DNA of 64,000 bases from a bacterium. Its GTDB lineage: Bacteria > Lindowbacteria > 2-12-FULL-62-27. Both the position numbers and the translations under genes were made by a program. Within the stretch, counting starts at the first letter, position 1, and each line of letters begins with the position of its first letter. The stretch is taken from the NCBI GenBank assembly GCA_016202645.1, contig JACQOF010000003.1, positions 27,375 to 91,374 of the forward strand, given 5' to 3'. Below the pieces are notes generated by a model, which worked only from the letters and a program-made list of their open reading frames with translations, searched no databases and had not been told where the DNA came from. Shown here in pieces: positions 45,530 to 55,885 of this stretch.

Positions 45530-47065
45530 ATGACTCCTGATACAACCATATTTCGAGACAGCTTTTTGCCGCTCTTTTGGAAACCGCTCAGGACGGCCTA
45601 TATCCTGGGCATACTTCTCGTCATTATTATGGAGTCTACTCTCATGGCAGCCGGCCTGCAAACCCGCTGGCCCCATCTACTATTCGTGTTTGCCGGTGCT
45701 ATATTGAGCATGGCAGTGTTGGCCCTGATTATCACACCGGTTTTCATTTTGTTATTCCCAACCAAGCAGACTCCGGCCGGTGTCTCGACCGCTACCTGTT
45801 TGGGCAAAAATTATTTTTTGCGGTGGGACGAAATCAAAAATGCAAAATTGTGGATACTGCCCTTCGTAAGGCTCGAGTATATTCAAATATCATCCGATCG
45901 AACAAAAAGACCTCTGTATATTGGTTGGTTTATCAGGAGGAATAGGGAATTCGTGGAATTAGTGAGGAAAAACTCTCCAGTGGAAAATCCGCTTAGAAAA
46001 TGCCTTGAGCAACTGATGGGAGACGTCGGATCGGATCGACCTGTTGATGCCGAACGCCGGTCCATGATGAGTCGATTGGCGGACGCCGTCGCGCTGATCC
46101 TGATCGTTGGGGCGTTGCTCGTCCTCGCCAGATATGCCATCAACTCCTTTCGCGCAGCCCGCTTCCGAGCAACACACACGGTTTCCTTCGGTCATCTCAA
46201 CGCGGGCCGGTACGGCATGCCCGCTGTCACGATCGCAGACGAAATGTTCGTCATCGGAGGGGACGGGTCTGATGGATATCTTGGCGACGTGGAGAGATTC
46301 ACTCCGGCCACAGGCCGCGTCCATAGGACGTTTCCGGGACTAATCAAGCGCCGTTACCACACGGCGGAGGCGTTCGAAGGGAAAATCTACATCCTGGGTG
46401 GCTGCGGATCTTGGGCCAGCTTTCCGGATGAATTGGAGATATACGATCCTTCGGACGGTTCGATCCGGCACGGGTCTCCGATCCCGACGACACGGTATCT
46501 TATTTCGTCCGTCGTTCATGACGGCAAGATTTATGTCGTCGGCGGGACTCCTGCCGTGGGATTCTTCAGCGGCTCCACGGCCTCGCCCGACACCCCAGGC
46601 TCCCAACTTGACATCTATACCATTCAAACCAACCGATGGACGCGGGGAGCGCCAATGCCCACTGCGCGCCAGTGCGATGTGGTCGCGCGCGGCCGCAAGA
46701 TATACGCGATCGGCGGATACAATGGCGCCCAGGCCATCCGGTCATTCGAGTCGTACGACATAGATTCAAATCAATGGGAACGGTTGCCGGATATGCCGTT
46801 CGCCGTAAGCGCCCATCGTTGCGTACTCGTTGAAGACCGGATTGTCTGTTTTGGCGACCACGCAAAGATGGATCGGGTCAGCGCATACGACTTCCGTACC
46901 TCACGGTGGGAAACGCTCGAAATCGGATATCACCCCCGCCGTCATGTCGCCGTGACCTCTGTCGAGGACACCGTGTATGTGGTCGGCGGCAACGCCGCAT
47001 CTCCAGGGCTCGACGACATCCAAGCCTTCCCAATCAAGGCGTTTCTTCAGAGTTCGCGCAATTGA
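45530..47065 (+). CDS. membrane protein with a C-terminal Kelch beta-propeller
   Basis: N-terminal TMs, then repeated KIY.(I/V)GG...YD....W Kelch motifs. Confidence 0.85.
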   Translation: MTPDTTIFRDSFLPLFWKPLRTAYILGILLVIIMESTLMAAGLQTRWPHLLFVFAGAILSMAVLALIITPVFILLFPTKQTPAGVSTATCLGKNYFLRWDEIKNAKLWILPFVRLEYIQISSDRTKRPLYIGWFIRRNREFVELVRKNSPVENPLRKCLEQLMGDVGSDRPVDAERRSMMSRLADAVALILIVGALLVLARYAINSFRAARFRATHTVSFGHLNAGRYGMPAVTIADEMFVIGGDGSDGYLGDVERFTPATGRVHRTFPGLIKRRYHTAEAFEGKIYILGGCGSWASFPDELEIYDPSDGSIRHGSPIPTTRYLISSVVHDGKIYVVGGTPAVGFFSGSTASPDTPGSQLDIYTIQTNRWTRGAPMPTARQCDVVARGRKIYAIGGYNGAQAIRSFESYDIDSNQWERLPDMPFAVSAHRCVLVEDRIVCFGDHAKMDRVSAYDFRTSRWETLEIGYHPRRHVAVTSVEDTVYVVGGNAASPGLDDIQAFPIKAFLQSSRN

Positions 47066-47877
47066 AGTCTGACAGGTCGACGTTATTTTTTTGCATTGTC
47101 GGAGTGACGGCCTTGGGGTCGGTCGGGTTTGCGTGCGGTTTCTTCGGGCCGATTTTCCTTAACCCCGGCGCCAATCAAGGGCCGTTGTTTGGAATTTTTT
47201 TTACTGGCCCAACCGGTGTTTTGTTGGGATTGGTATTCGGGCTTGCCTCTGCCGCGCTTCGCCTTCGACTCAAGATATTTGCCGCCACACTTGGCGGGAT
47301 TACCTTTGTTTACGCGATGTCGATCCTCTACATGAGTCTTCCGGAGGCCCGGTTGAAGGGATTCGTCATCGACGCAGAGGTTCGCAGCTGTGAATCACCC
47401 GAATTGTCGGTAGCGGACGCCACATCACGTGTATCACGATGGGAGGCCCGCAGATCGAAGAAATCGAGGTGGCGACCGGATTGGAGAGAGGATATCAACC
47501 GGATGCTCGATGCCGACAGCGGCGTTGTTCTCAAACTATTTGTGCATCGCAGAATGGATATATATGAGCAGAGAAAACCGTGGAACAAAGGTCAACTAAA
47601 ACCGACGGCATGGATCGAACAGGACAGTATTCAAATGTTTTTTTCACGTCGTATCGGCCCGTCGTGCAACAATTACCCGCCGGGGTATCGAGCCTATTTT
47701 TCTCCCCAGTGGGAACCAGCCGGTGTTTCCCCGCCCGACATCCTGCCAACTTTTCTGGGGATGCATGTTCTTGAGGCAGTTCTGCCGGAATTCCAGCCGT
47801 TCATCGACGGTTATGGGACAATGACGGATGAAAAATTGGGCGGCCGCATCAAAACGGAGATCCCCGAAAACAAATAA
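47062..47877 (+). CDS. hypothetical membrane protein
   Basis: GFFGP....P.ANQGPL.GIF.TGP.G motif, three TMs and a soluble domain; TTG start overlaps the upstream TGA. Confidence 0.65.
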   Translation: MKSDRSTLFFCIVGVTALGSVGFACGFFGPIFLNPGANQGPLFGIFFTGPTGVLLGLVFGLASAALRLRLKIFAATLGGITFVYAMSILYMSLPEARLKGFVIDAEVRSCESPELSVADATSRVSRWEARRSKKSRWRPDWREDINRMLDADSGVVLKLFVHRRMDIYEQRKPWNKGQLKPTAWIEQDSIQMFFSRRIGPSCNNYPPGYRAYFSPQWEPAGVSPPDILPTFLGMHVLEAVLPEFQPFIDGYGTMTDEKLGGRIKTEIPENK

Positions 47878-47933
47878 ACCTAAGTCTGACCCCATGACCC
47901 CATGCTGACTCCCACGAATCCCCAAATTATTCC

Positions 47934-47962
47934 TTGACATACCTCATAGTTAAAGGTATAAG
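47934..47962 (+). promoter_or_regulatory. sigma70 promoter with overlapping palindromic operator
   Basis: TTGACA-N17-TATAAG; ATACCT-N9-AGGTAT at 47939-47959; ATG 6 nt after the -10. Confidence 0.78.
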
Positions 47963-47968
47963 CAGGTC

Positions 47969-48319
47969 ATGGTCAAGACGAACCCCAATTTCATGAACGG
48001 TGTGCCCGAGCTTCTGGTGTTGCGGTTGCTTTCCGAGAGGGAGATGTACGGGTACGAGCTGGTCAAGGAGATCCGGGCTGTGACGAAAGAGAGCCTGGGG
48101 TTCGGAGAGGGGTGCATCTACCCCATCCTGCATTCCCTGGAGGAAGACGGTGTCCTAGCCAGTCGGCGCAGGCAGGTGAATGGCAGATCCCGGTATTACT
48201 ATCGTTTGACCGCCGCGGGCGCCCCGCGTCTCGAGAAATTGGCCGCGGAATGGGAACGAGTGAGGCGGGGGATCGTTCTCGCCATGGGAGGCATGCGTGA
48301 GCGATTCGCGGGCGTTTGA
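47969..48319 (+). CDS. PadR family transcriptional regulator
   Basis: L.LL....MYGYEL...I...EG.IYP.LH.LE..G...R.R.YY.LT..G...W. Confidence 0.95.
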   Translation: MVKTNPNFMNGVPELLVLRLLSEREMYGYELVKEIRAVTKESLGFGEGCIYPILHSLEEDGVLASRRRQVNGRSRYYYRLTAAGAPRLEKLAAEWERVRRGIVLAMGGMRERFAGV

Positions 48320-49052
48320 CCGACTGCGGCATCTTTTGATCCACCGGGGTTTGCCGCTCGGATATGTGGACCGGGCGATCACGGAATTATCGGAGCATCG
48401 CGAAAACGGAAAGCACGATGCCATGGCCGACGGCATGGATCCCAACCTCGCCGATCAGATCTCCCTTGAGAACTTGGGTGACATCGACAAACTTGCGGCC
48501 GTCATCTCCGAACGGATGCGCCGCCGGACGATACTGGGCCGCCATCCCGTGCTATTTTTTGTGATCGCCCCGGTTGTGCTTCTTTTCCTGACGGGCGTGT
48601 TGGCCATCCTGGCGACGCCGATCATCTGCAATCTGATCCATACGATGTCCGGTGGAGCCGTCAAATATGAAGGCCCGCCACCATATCTGTATCCCCATAT
48701 CCGGGGATTTTTTCATTTTCTGAATTTTGGCCTTCTGCCGATCCTGGCCCTGGCCATGTGCCTGACGGCCCGCAAGTTTTTTTGTGGGTTCCGCTGGGCC
48801 TTCTGCGCGTCTCTGATTCTGGGGTTGGCCGGCTATTTCTTTTTCTACCACGTGCATATCCCGCCGGCCTGGGCCGACCCGGGTGAATTTGGAATTGGGT
48901 ATGGGTTCGGAAATTGGTTGAGCCCCGAAATATTCCACCGAAGGGAATGCACTCTCCGGTTTCTTGCCGCTGTGACGCGGCTTCTCCTGCCTTTGGCCGC
49001 GTTTGGGCTTTTTTATTATCTCCATTCTTCCCGGCGGCTCTTGAAGTCCTGA
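48297..49052 (+). CDS. PadR-associated membrane protein
   Basis: N-terminal EL.EH....G.....A....LG helical prefix followed by about four TMs. Confidence 0.7.
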   Translation: MSDSRAFDRLRHLLIHRGLPLGYVDRAITELSEHRENGKHDAMADGMDPNLADQISLENLGDIDKLAAVISERMRRRTILGRHPVLFFVIAPVVLLFLTGVLAILATPIICNLIHTMSGGAVKYEGPPPYLYPHIRGFFHFLNFGLLPILALAMCLTARKFFCGFRWAFCASLILGLAGYFFFYHVHIPPAWADPGEFGIGYGFGNWLSPEIFHRRECTLRFLAAVTRLLLPLAAFGLFYYLHSSRRLLKS

Positions 49053-49192
49053 CGTTTGTTCCAAATCGCGCCAAGCGTCGGGCTTCACCTGGGCCGTTTC
49101 GAATACAAGCTCGGATACCGCCGGCTCAAGATCTCCGGTGACCGCCTGACCGGCCCCGAATTTTCCGTGCGGGTGTGGTTTTAGGCCAGTTC

Positions 49193-49221
49193 TTGAGCTT
49201 CCGGCCCGGATGGGCTAGGAT
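49193..49221 (+). promoter_or_regulatory. sigma70-like promoter of ileS
   Basis: TTGAGC-N17-TAGGAT, 8 nt before the ATG at 49230; no SD. Confidence 0.5.
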
Positions 49222-49229
49222 GCGCTTCG

Positions 49230-51935
49230 ATGGCTGAATCCAAATTGTCGGGTACGGTGCTTCTTCCCAAAACGTCGTTTGCGATGCGCGGACAGATGGC
49301 GCGCCAGGAACCTCTGCGGCTGGAGGCTTGGGCGCGGCGCGATGTCTATGCGAAGCTCCGCGCGGCCCGGAAAAACGCGCCCGCGTTTTATCTGCACGAC
49401 GGGCCGCCCTACGCGAACGGGAACATCCACATCGGGCACGCGCTGAACAAGATTCTCAAGGACATTGTCGTCCGATACAAATTTTCGCGCGGGTTCGACG
49501 CGCCCTATCTGCCCGGCTGGGACTGTCACGGACTGCCGATCGAGCTCAAGGCTCTCGAAGGCAGGCCCGGCGGGGACAAGCTGTCGATCCGGAAGGCTTG
49601 CCGGGCCTACGCCGAAAAATATCTGTCGATCCAGCGGGAGGAATTCAAGCGGCTCGGGATTCTGGGGGAATTTGAGAATCCCTACGTCACGATGAATCCC
49701 GCCTATCAGGCAGGCATCCTCGAGGGGCTGGCGAACCTGGTCGAGCGTGGATTCATCGCGCGCGCCGAAAAGCCCGTCCTCTGGTGCGCACGGTGCCGGA
49801 CGGCGCTGGCGGACGCGGAAGTCGAGTACGAGGAGGACGAGACCCCGGCGATCACCGTGAAGTTTCCGGTTGATGGCGAATCAAAAACATTTCTACTGAT
49901 CTGGACGACGACGCCCTGGACATTACCGGCCAACCTTGCCGTCGCCGTGAACCCGGAAGCCCGTTATGTGCGCGCGAAAGTCGGCGGCGAGACGTGGATC
50001 GTCGCCGAATCCCGCGCGGGCGTGTCCGGAGTTCCGGCCGGCGCGGAGGCGGAGACCCTGAAGGGATCGGACCTCACGTCTCTGACCTACCGGCATCCCT
50101 TCGCCGCCAGGACCGGCCGCGTTTTTCCCGCCGGGTTTGTAACGCTTGACGCCGGCACCGGCCTCGTCCACATCGCGCCGGGCCACGGCGACGAGGATTT
50201 CCAGCTCGGCCGGAAAGTCGGTCTTCCGACGTTCTGTCCGGTCGACGCCGCCGGAAAATTGACGGCCGACGCCGGCGAATTTGCCGGGCGGTCGGTTTTC
50301 GACGCCAACCCCGCCATCATTGACAAACTTGAGTCCAGCGGCTCGCTCGTGAAACACGAAAAGATGACCCACAGTTACCCGCACTGCTGGCGATGCAAAA
50401 AACCGGTGATCTTCCGCGCCACTCCCCAGTGGTTTCTGAAAGTCGACCATGAGGATCTCCGCAAAAAAATGCTGGCGGCGATATCCCGGATCCGGTGGGT
50501 CCCGGCCGCCGGCGAAAAGCGGATCGCCGGGATGGTCGAATCGCGGCCGGACTGGTGCATTTCGCGCCAGCGGGCCTGGGGCGTCCCGATCCCGGCGGTG
50601 CACTGCGAATCGTGCGGCAAGGCGCATCTCCGGCCGGACGTGATCCGTAATCTTGCCGGCCGCTGCTCGGCCGATCCCGCCGGCGCGGATGTCTGGTTTT
50701 CGGATTCTCCGTCCGCGTTTCTGCCCGCGGGCTGGACGTGTCCCGACTGTGGCGGGGCGAAGTTCCGGCGCGAGGAGGACATTCTCGATGTCTGGTTTGA
50801 CTCCGGCATGTCTCATGTGGCGGCTCTGGAAAAAAGATATGGCGTCTGGCCGGCGGATTTATATCTCGAAGGATCCGACCAGCACCGCGGCTGGTTTCAG
50901 CTGTCTCTCCTGGTGGCCATCGCGCTCAAGGGTCACGCGCCGTTCCGGCAGGTGCTCACGCACGGATTTGTGATGGACGGCGAAGGCCGGAAGATGTCGA
51001 AATCGATCGGCAACGTCGTCACGCCCCAGGAGATCGTCCAACAGCACGGCGCCGACGTTCTTCGTTTGTGGGCGGCCTCCTGCGATTATTCGGGCGACGT
51101 GCGTCTGGGTCCCGCGATCCTGGCCGAGACCGTGGACACGTACCGCCGGATCCGGAATACCATCCGCTTTCTTCTGGGTGTGCTGTTTGATTTCGAGCCG
51201 CGCATGGCCATTCCGGCGCCGGACCTCGACCCAATTGACCGCTACCTACTTGGGCGGCTGGTGGTTCTGACGCGGGAGTGCCTCGCCGGTTACGACGATT
51301 ATGATTTCTCGGCGGTAAGCCGCCGTCTCCGGAATTTCTGCGCGGAAGACCTGTCGGGATTTTATCTCGACGTTCTCAAGGACCGCCTCTACTGTGACGC
51401 GGCGGACTCCAAACGCCGCCGTTCTTCACAGACCGTCCTCTGGACCGCTTGCGAACAGATCCTGCAGTTGATCACGCCGATCCTGCCCTTCACGGCCGAC
51501 GAGGCGATGGAAAGCTGGAACCGCCCGGACCTGGCGACCGCGGAAATCCGGCCGCCCCAGGTCGCGCCGGACGAAGAACTGGAGCAGGTGTTTGGGCACC
51601 TCCTGCGTGTCCGAAAGGACGTCAACCTAAAGATTGAAGAATGCCGGAAGTCCGGACAGATCGGCGGTTCGCTTGATGCGCGCGTCTCGATCCGGACGGC
51701 CGGGGACGAAGGATCCGCGCTCCGGATGTTCGAATCCTCTCTGCCGGAAATCCTCATCGTCTCCTCGGTGGAACTTTCAAACTCCGCGGGAGACCGGGAC
51801 ATCCGGGTCGGGCGAGTTTCGGGCGAAAAATGCGAGCGTTGCTGGAAATATGTTCCGGCCCGAATCGCCGCGCCGCCGGGACTCATCTGCGCCCGTTGCG
51901 CGGGGGTTCTGGACAGCGCTCCCGGCCAAGCCTAG
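49230..51935 (+). CDS. ileS: isoleucine--tRNA ligase (type 1)
   Basis: HDGPPYANG.IHIGH, WTTTPWT, DWCISRQR, EGSDQHRGWF, KMSKS and C-terminal CERCW..CARC. Confidence 0.98.
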   Translation: MAESKLSGTVLLPKTSFAMRGQMARQEPLRLEAWARRDVYAKLRAARKNAPAFYLHDGPPYANGNIHIGHALNKILKDIVVRYKFSRGFDAPYLPGWDCHGLPIELKALEGRPGGDKLSIRKACRAYAEKYLSIQREEFKRLGILGEFENPYVTMNPAYQAGILEGLANLVERGFIARAEKPVLWCARCRTALADAEVEYEEDETPAITVKFPVDGESKTFLLIWTTTPWTLPANLAVAVNPEARYVRAKVGGETWIVAESRAGVSGVPAGAEAETLKGSDLTSLTYRHPFAARTGRVFPAGFVTLDAGTGLVHIAPGHGDEDFQLGRKVGLPTFCPVDAAGKLTADAGEFAGRSVFDANPAIIDKLESSGSLVKHEKMTHSYPHCWRCKKPVIFRATPQWFLKVDHEDLRKKMLAAISRIRWVPAAGEKRIAGMVESRPDWCISRQRAWGVPIPAVHCESCGKAHLRPDVIRNLAGRCSADPAGADVWFSDSPSAFLPAGWTCPDCGGAKFRREEDILDVWFDSGMSHVAALEKRYGVWPADLYLEGSDQHRGWFQLSLLVAIALKGHAPFRQVLTHGFVMDGEGRKMSKSIGNVVTPQEIVQQHGADVLRLWAASCDYSGDVRLGPAILAETVDTYRRIRNTIRFLLGVLFDFEPRMAIPAPDLDPIDRYLLGRLVVLTRECLAGYDDYDFSAVSRRLRNFCAEDLSGFYLDVLKDRLYCDAADSKRRRSSQTVLWTACEQILQLITPILPFTADEAMESWNRPDLATAEIRPPQVAPDEELEQVFGHLLRVRKDVNLKIEECRKSGQIGGSLDARVSIRTAGDEGSALRMFESSLPEILIVSSVELSNSAGDRDIRVGRVSGEKCERCWKYVPARIAAPPGLICARCAGVLDSAPGQA

Positions 51936-51942
51936 GCGAACC

Positions 51943-52410
51943 GTGTCACCCTATCTTGGAATTGTGGTCGCGGTGGTATTGGTGCTTGACCAGGCCACGA
52001 AGTGGCTCATCCGCGCGAATTTTCATCCCTACGAAACGCGCCAGATCCTCGGCGACGTTTTTCACCTGACCTTCTACCAGAACACCGGCATGGCATTCGG
52101 TCTACTGGAAGGCTATTCCGGCGTCATCGCGGTATTTTCGGTGTTTGCCATCGGATTTCTCATTTATTTTTCTCGAAGATTTCGCAAGGAAAAAATCATC
52201 CTCGCCAGTCTCGGCCTCGTCATCGGCGGCGCCCTCGGCAACCTCGTCGATCGGATCGTCCTCACGGGTGTCGTCGATTTTCTCGATTTTGGATTCGGCA
52301 AGTACCGCTGGCCGGCGTTTAACGTCGCCGACATCTGCATTTCCGTCGGCATTGGTCTGCTGGTCCTCTACTCAGCCCGCCCGCCGGAACCTGGCGATGA
52401 CCGCCCGTGA
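51943..52410 (+). CDS. lspA: signal peptidase II
   Basis: DQATK, NTGMAFG, GGALGNLVDR, VVDF and FNVAD; GTG start. Confidence 0.96.
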   Translation: MSPYLGIVVAVVLVLDQATKWLIRANFHPYETRQILGDVFHLTFYQNTGMAFGLLEGYSGVIAVFSVFAIGFLIYFSRRFRKEKIILASLGLVIGGALGNLVDRIVLTGVVDFLDFGFGKYRWPAFNVADICISVGIGLLVLYSARPPEPGDDRP

Positions 52411-53105
52411 CGGATTTCAAGATCGACGTGGTTTTCGAGGACTCGTTCATGATGGCTGTCAACAAGCCCGAGGGTCTTCCGGTTCACCCCGGCGCCGGGC
52501 ATGAACGCGACACGCTCGTGGATCTGCTCCATGCCCGCGGAGTCCCCCTTGCCAATCTGCCGGACGCCGCCCGGGAGGGATTGGTCCACCGGCTCGACAA
52601 GGACACCAGCGGCATCCTGCTCATCGCCAAGGACGCGGCGGTCGGGGAGGCGCTCATGCGGCAGTTTGCCGAGCGAAAAGTCGAAAAAGAGTACCGGGCC
52701 GTGGTGATGGGCCGATTCCCCGCGCGGCCTCTCCGAATCGTCGGCGCGATCGGCCGGGACATCCGAAACCGGAAGAAATTGACGGTGCGGCGCGGCGGCC
52801 GGCCGGCCGTGACCGTTGCGGAGCTTCTGGAAGTGAGCGGCGGCGCCAGTCTCATCCGCATTCTTCCGGAAACCGGCCGGACCCACCAGATCCGGGTGCA
52901 TCTGTCTCACGCCGGGTTTCCCATTCTCGGCGATCCGATCTACGGCCGCACCCAGTCCGCGCGGAGCCCGGCCCGGCGCATGCTTCTCCACGCCTACCGT
53001 CTGAAATTCCAGCATCCCCAAACCCAAAAATGGCTCGATCTGACCGCGCCCCCGCCCGAATCGTTTGCGAGCGCCCTCCGGGCCATGGGGTTTTCGACGG
53101 CGTAA
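52407..53105 (+). CDS. RluA family pseudouridine synthase (no S4 domain)
   Basis: NKPEGL.VHP, VHRLDKDTSG, TGRTHQIRVH, GDPIYG and LHA. Confidence 0.95.
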   Translation: MTDFKIDVVFEDSFMMAVNKPEGLPVHPGAGHERDTLVDLLHARGVPLANLPDAAREGLVHRLDKDTSGILLIAKDAAVGEALMRQFAERKVEKEYRAVVMGRFPARPLRIVGAIGRDIRNRKKLTVRRGGRPAVTVAELLEVSGGASLIRILPETGRTHQIRVHLSHAGFPILGDPIYGRTQSARSPARRMLLHAYRLKFQHPQTQKWLDLTAPPPESFASALRAMGFSTA

Positions 53106-53150
53106 ATTCCCGCTTTTCACTTCCGTGATTTCATAGTAGCCTCTCCCGTC

Positions 53151-53939
53151 ATGGCGAAGTCACCGAAGACGACTTCCGGAGAAACGCGGCCGGACGGCCG
53201 GGCGTATGACCAGCTCAGGCCCATTCAGATTCAGATCGGGTATCAGACGGCGGCTGAAGGATCGGCGCTCATCGAGCAGGGCCAAACGCGCGTCCTCTGC
53301 ACGGCGTCCGTCGAACACTCCCAGCCGCCTCACCTCAGGGGGACCCCCCGCGGATGGGTCACGGCGGAGTACGGGATGCTGCCGCGCGCGAATCCCAAAC
53401 GCCGAGCTCTGCGCGAGTCGGTCACGGGCCGCCGCAAGGGCCGGACGTTTGAAATTGAGCGGATGATCGGCCGTGCGCTTCGGTCCGTGACGGATCTCAC
53501 GGCCATCGGGCCGCGAACTCTCTATGTCGACTGCGACGTTCTGCAGGCCGACGGCGGCACGCGGACGGCGTCGGTGATTGGCGGATTTCTGGCGCTGGCC
53601 GACGCGTTTCAGAAAGGCGTTCAGAAAGGTCAGTTCGCGTCTATGCCGATCCACGCCTATGTGGCGGGGATTTCCGTCGGCCTCATCAGGCGGCGGGGGG
53701 TTCGCGCGCCACACCTCGACATGACGTTCGAAGAGGACACGGCCGCGCTCGTCGACATGAACGTGGTCTGGACGTCGAACGGCCGGCTGGCCGAAGTGGG
53801 CGTGGCGGGCGAGGAAGAGACGTTTGCAGAGGAAGAATTGTCGGAACTTTTGGCCTTGTCGAAATCCGGCGCGGAGACGATTTTCGAAATTCAGCGGCGC
53901 CTTTTGCCCCTCGATTTTCCATCGAGTCAGCCGGCATGA
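53151..53939 (+). CDS. rph: ribonuclease PH
   Basis: RPDGR, GWVTAEYGMLP, GRT.EI.R.IGR and DCDVLQADGGTRTAS. Confidence 0.97.
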   Translation: MAKSPKTTSGETRPDGRAYDQLRPIQIQIGYQTAAEGSALIEQGQTRVLCTASVEHSQPPHLRGTPRGWVTAEYGMLPRANPKRRALRESVTGRRKGRTFEIERMIGRALRSVTDLTAIGPRTLYVDCDVLQADGGTRTASVIGGFLALADAFQKGVQKGQFASMPIHAYVAGISVGLIRRRGVRAPHLDMTFEEDTAALVDMNVVWTSNGRLAEVGVAGEEETFAEEELSELLALSKSGAETIFEIQRRLLPLDFPSSQPA

Positions 53940-54520
53940 AACTCGTTCTCGCGACGAAAAACCGCGGAAAACAACTTGAACTCCAGGCCCTCCTCGCGCC
54001 CTTTCAGGTCGATGTCCACACCATGCCGGCGGACCTGAGCGTCGAGGAGGACGGCGACAGTTATCTTGAAAACGCGGTGAAAAAGGCCTCGGCGGTGGCG
54101 CGGTCGGCCGGCGCGTTTTCCCTCGCCGACGATTCGGGAATCGAAGTTGACGCCATGGACGGCGCGCCGGGAGTCCATTCCGCGCGGTTCTTGAACGGGG
54201 CAACGGATGAGGAAAAATGCCAAAAGATTCTGGATCTCCTTCGGGGCCGGTCCCGCCGCGGCGCGAAATTCCGGATTGCATTGGCGCTGGCCGACCCCGC
54301 GCGGATTCATTTCGCGGCGCATGCGGAACTCCCCGGCCGGATCGCCGACCAGGTCCGGGGCACTTCGGGATTTGGCTACGATCCGATCTTCATCCCGGAC
54401 GGCCACAGCCGGACTCTTGCCGAAATGAACTCGACGGAAAAGAACGCGCTCTCCCACCGGGGCCGCGCGGTCCGGGCGCTGATCCGGTTTTTAAAATATG
54501 CGAAAGTAGCGCACGCATGA
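53936..54520 (+). CDS. rdgB: non-canonical purine NTP pyrophosphatase (RdgB/HAM1)
   Basis: ATKN.GK, ENA..KA, ADDSG, GFGYDPIF and KN.LSHR. Confidence 0.96.
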   Translation: MKLVLATKNRGKQLELQALLAPFQVDVHTMPADLSVEEDGDSYLENAVKKASAVARSAGAFSLADDSGIEVDAMDGAPGVHSARFLNGATDEEKCQKILDLLRGRSRRGAKFRIALALADPARIHFAAHAELPGRIADQVRGTSGFGYDPIFIPDGHSRTLAEMNSTEKNALSHRGRAVRALIRFLKYAKVAHA

Positions 54521-55881
54521 GCCGCATCGCCGTCATCGGCACGGGCTATGTGGGACTGGTGACCGGCGTGTGCTTCGCCGACCTCGGCAACCGGGTCCTC
54601 TGCGTTGACTCGGACCGGAAAAAAATCGAAACGCTTTTGCGCGGCGAATCTCCGATCTTCGAGCCGGGCCTTTCGGAACTCCTGACGGCGAACATCCAGC
54701 GGGGCCGGATCGATTTTACGTCGTCCCTGCAATCGGCGGTCGACCAATCCGAAATTCTCTTCATCGCGGTCGGCACACCCCAGAACCCCCGCACCGGCGA
54801 GGCCGACCTGAGTTTCGTGTGGCAGGTCGCCCGACAGCTCGGGCGGGTCATCCGGTCCGGGCAAAACCGGACGGTGGTCGTGAAGAGCACGGTGCCGGTC
54901 GGAACGACGGTGTCTCTCGAGAAGCGGATCCGGGCGGAACTTGCGCGCCGCAAAGTCCGCGCGGCCGTGACGGCGGTGTCGAATCCGGAATTTTTGCGGG
55001 AGGGCAGCGCCGTCCGGGATTTCATGGAGCCGGACCGGGTCGTGGTCGGATCGCGGGACGCCAAATCCCGCCGGAAAATTTCCGCCCTCTACAAACCCCT
55101 GGGCGCGCCCGTCCTCGAGACGGAGCCGGAAAGCTCCGAGATGATCAAGTACGCCTCGAACGCGCTCCTGGCCGCGAAGATTTCCTTCATCAACGAAATC
55201 GCCAACGTCTGCGAGGGCGTCGGAGCCGACATCATGGACGTCGCGCGGGGGGTCGGGATGGACAAGCGCATCGGCGCGCATTTTCTGTCGGCCGGGATCG
55301 GTTACGGCGGCTCGTGTTTTCCCAAGGATACCGAGGCCCTGGTGTACATCGCCGGCAAGGGCGGCGTGCGGTCGCATATCCTCGAGTCGGTCGTCGCCGT
55401 CAACCGCGCCCAGCGCCGCCGGTTTCTCGACAAGATCGTCCGCTTCTACGGAGGGCGGCTCAAGGGCCGTCGCTTCGCGGTTCTCGGGCTGGCCTTCAAA
55501 CCCAACACGGACGACATGCGGGAGGCGCCGGCGATTGACATCATCCGTGGCCTGGTAAAGCGCGGCGCCCAGGTTTCGGCCTACGACCCGGTGGCGATGT
55601 CGGCGGCGCAGGCAAGTCTTCCCCGCATCACCTACGCGCCGGACCCGTATGCGGCGGCCCAAGGCGCCGATGCGGCGGTGATTCTGACGGAATGGAACGA
55701 ATTCAAGGAACTGGATCTTCGGAAACTAAGGCGCCTCCTCAAACATCCGGTCCTCTTCGACGGCCGGAACATCTTCCCGCCCCGCCAGCTCTCGGAACTC
55801 GGGTTCCAGTACATCAGCGTCGGCCGTGCAGCGGTTCCCGTTCTGCGAAGCCCCCAGAAGCGTCAGCGCAGTCGGGCGTAG
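54517..55881 (+). CDS. ugd: UDP-glucose 6-dehydrogenase
   Basis: [32 protein letters not shown] and FKPNTDD.R; start at MSRIA. Confidence 0.95.
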   Translation: MSRIAVIGTGYVGLVTGVCFADLGNRVLCVDSDRKKIETLLRGESPIFEPGLSELLTANIQRGRIDFTSSLQSAVDQSEILFIAVGTPQNPRTGEADLSFVWQVARQLGRVIRSGQNRTVVVKSTVPVGTTVSLEKRIRAELARRKVRAAVTAVSNPEFLREGSAVRDFMEPDRVVVGSRDAKSRRKISALYKPLGAPVLETEPESSEMIKYASNALLAAKISFINEIANVCEGVGADIMDVARGVGMDKRIGAHFLSAGIGYGGSCFPKDTEALVYIAGKGGVRSHILESVVAVNRAQRRRFLDKIVRFYGGRLKGRRFAVLGLAFKPNTDDMREAPAIDIIRGLVKRGAQVSAYDPVAMSAAQASLPRITYAPDPYAAAQGADAAVILTEWNEFKELDLRKLRRLLKHPVLFDGRNIFPPRQLSELGFQYISVGRAAVPVLRSPQKRQRSRA

Positions 55882-55885
55882 CAGA

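Noticed and set aside
49053..49229. T-box leader before ileS
   Set aside because: No T-box consensus or terminator; a promoter sits directly before the ATG.
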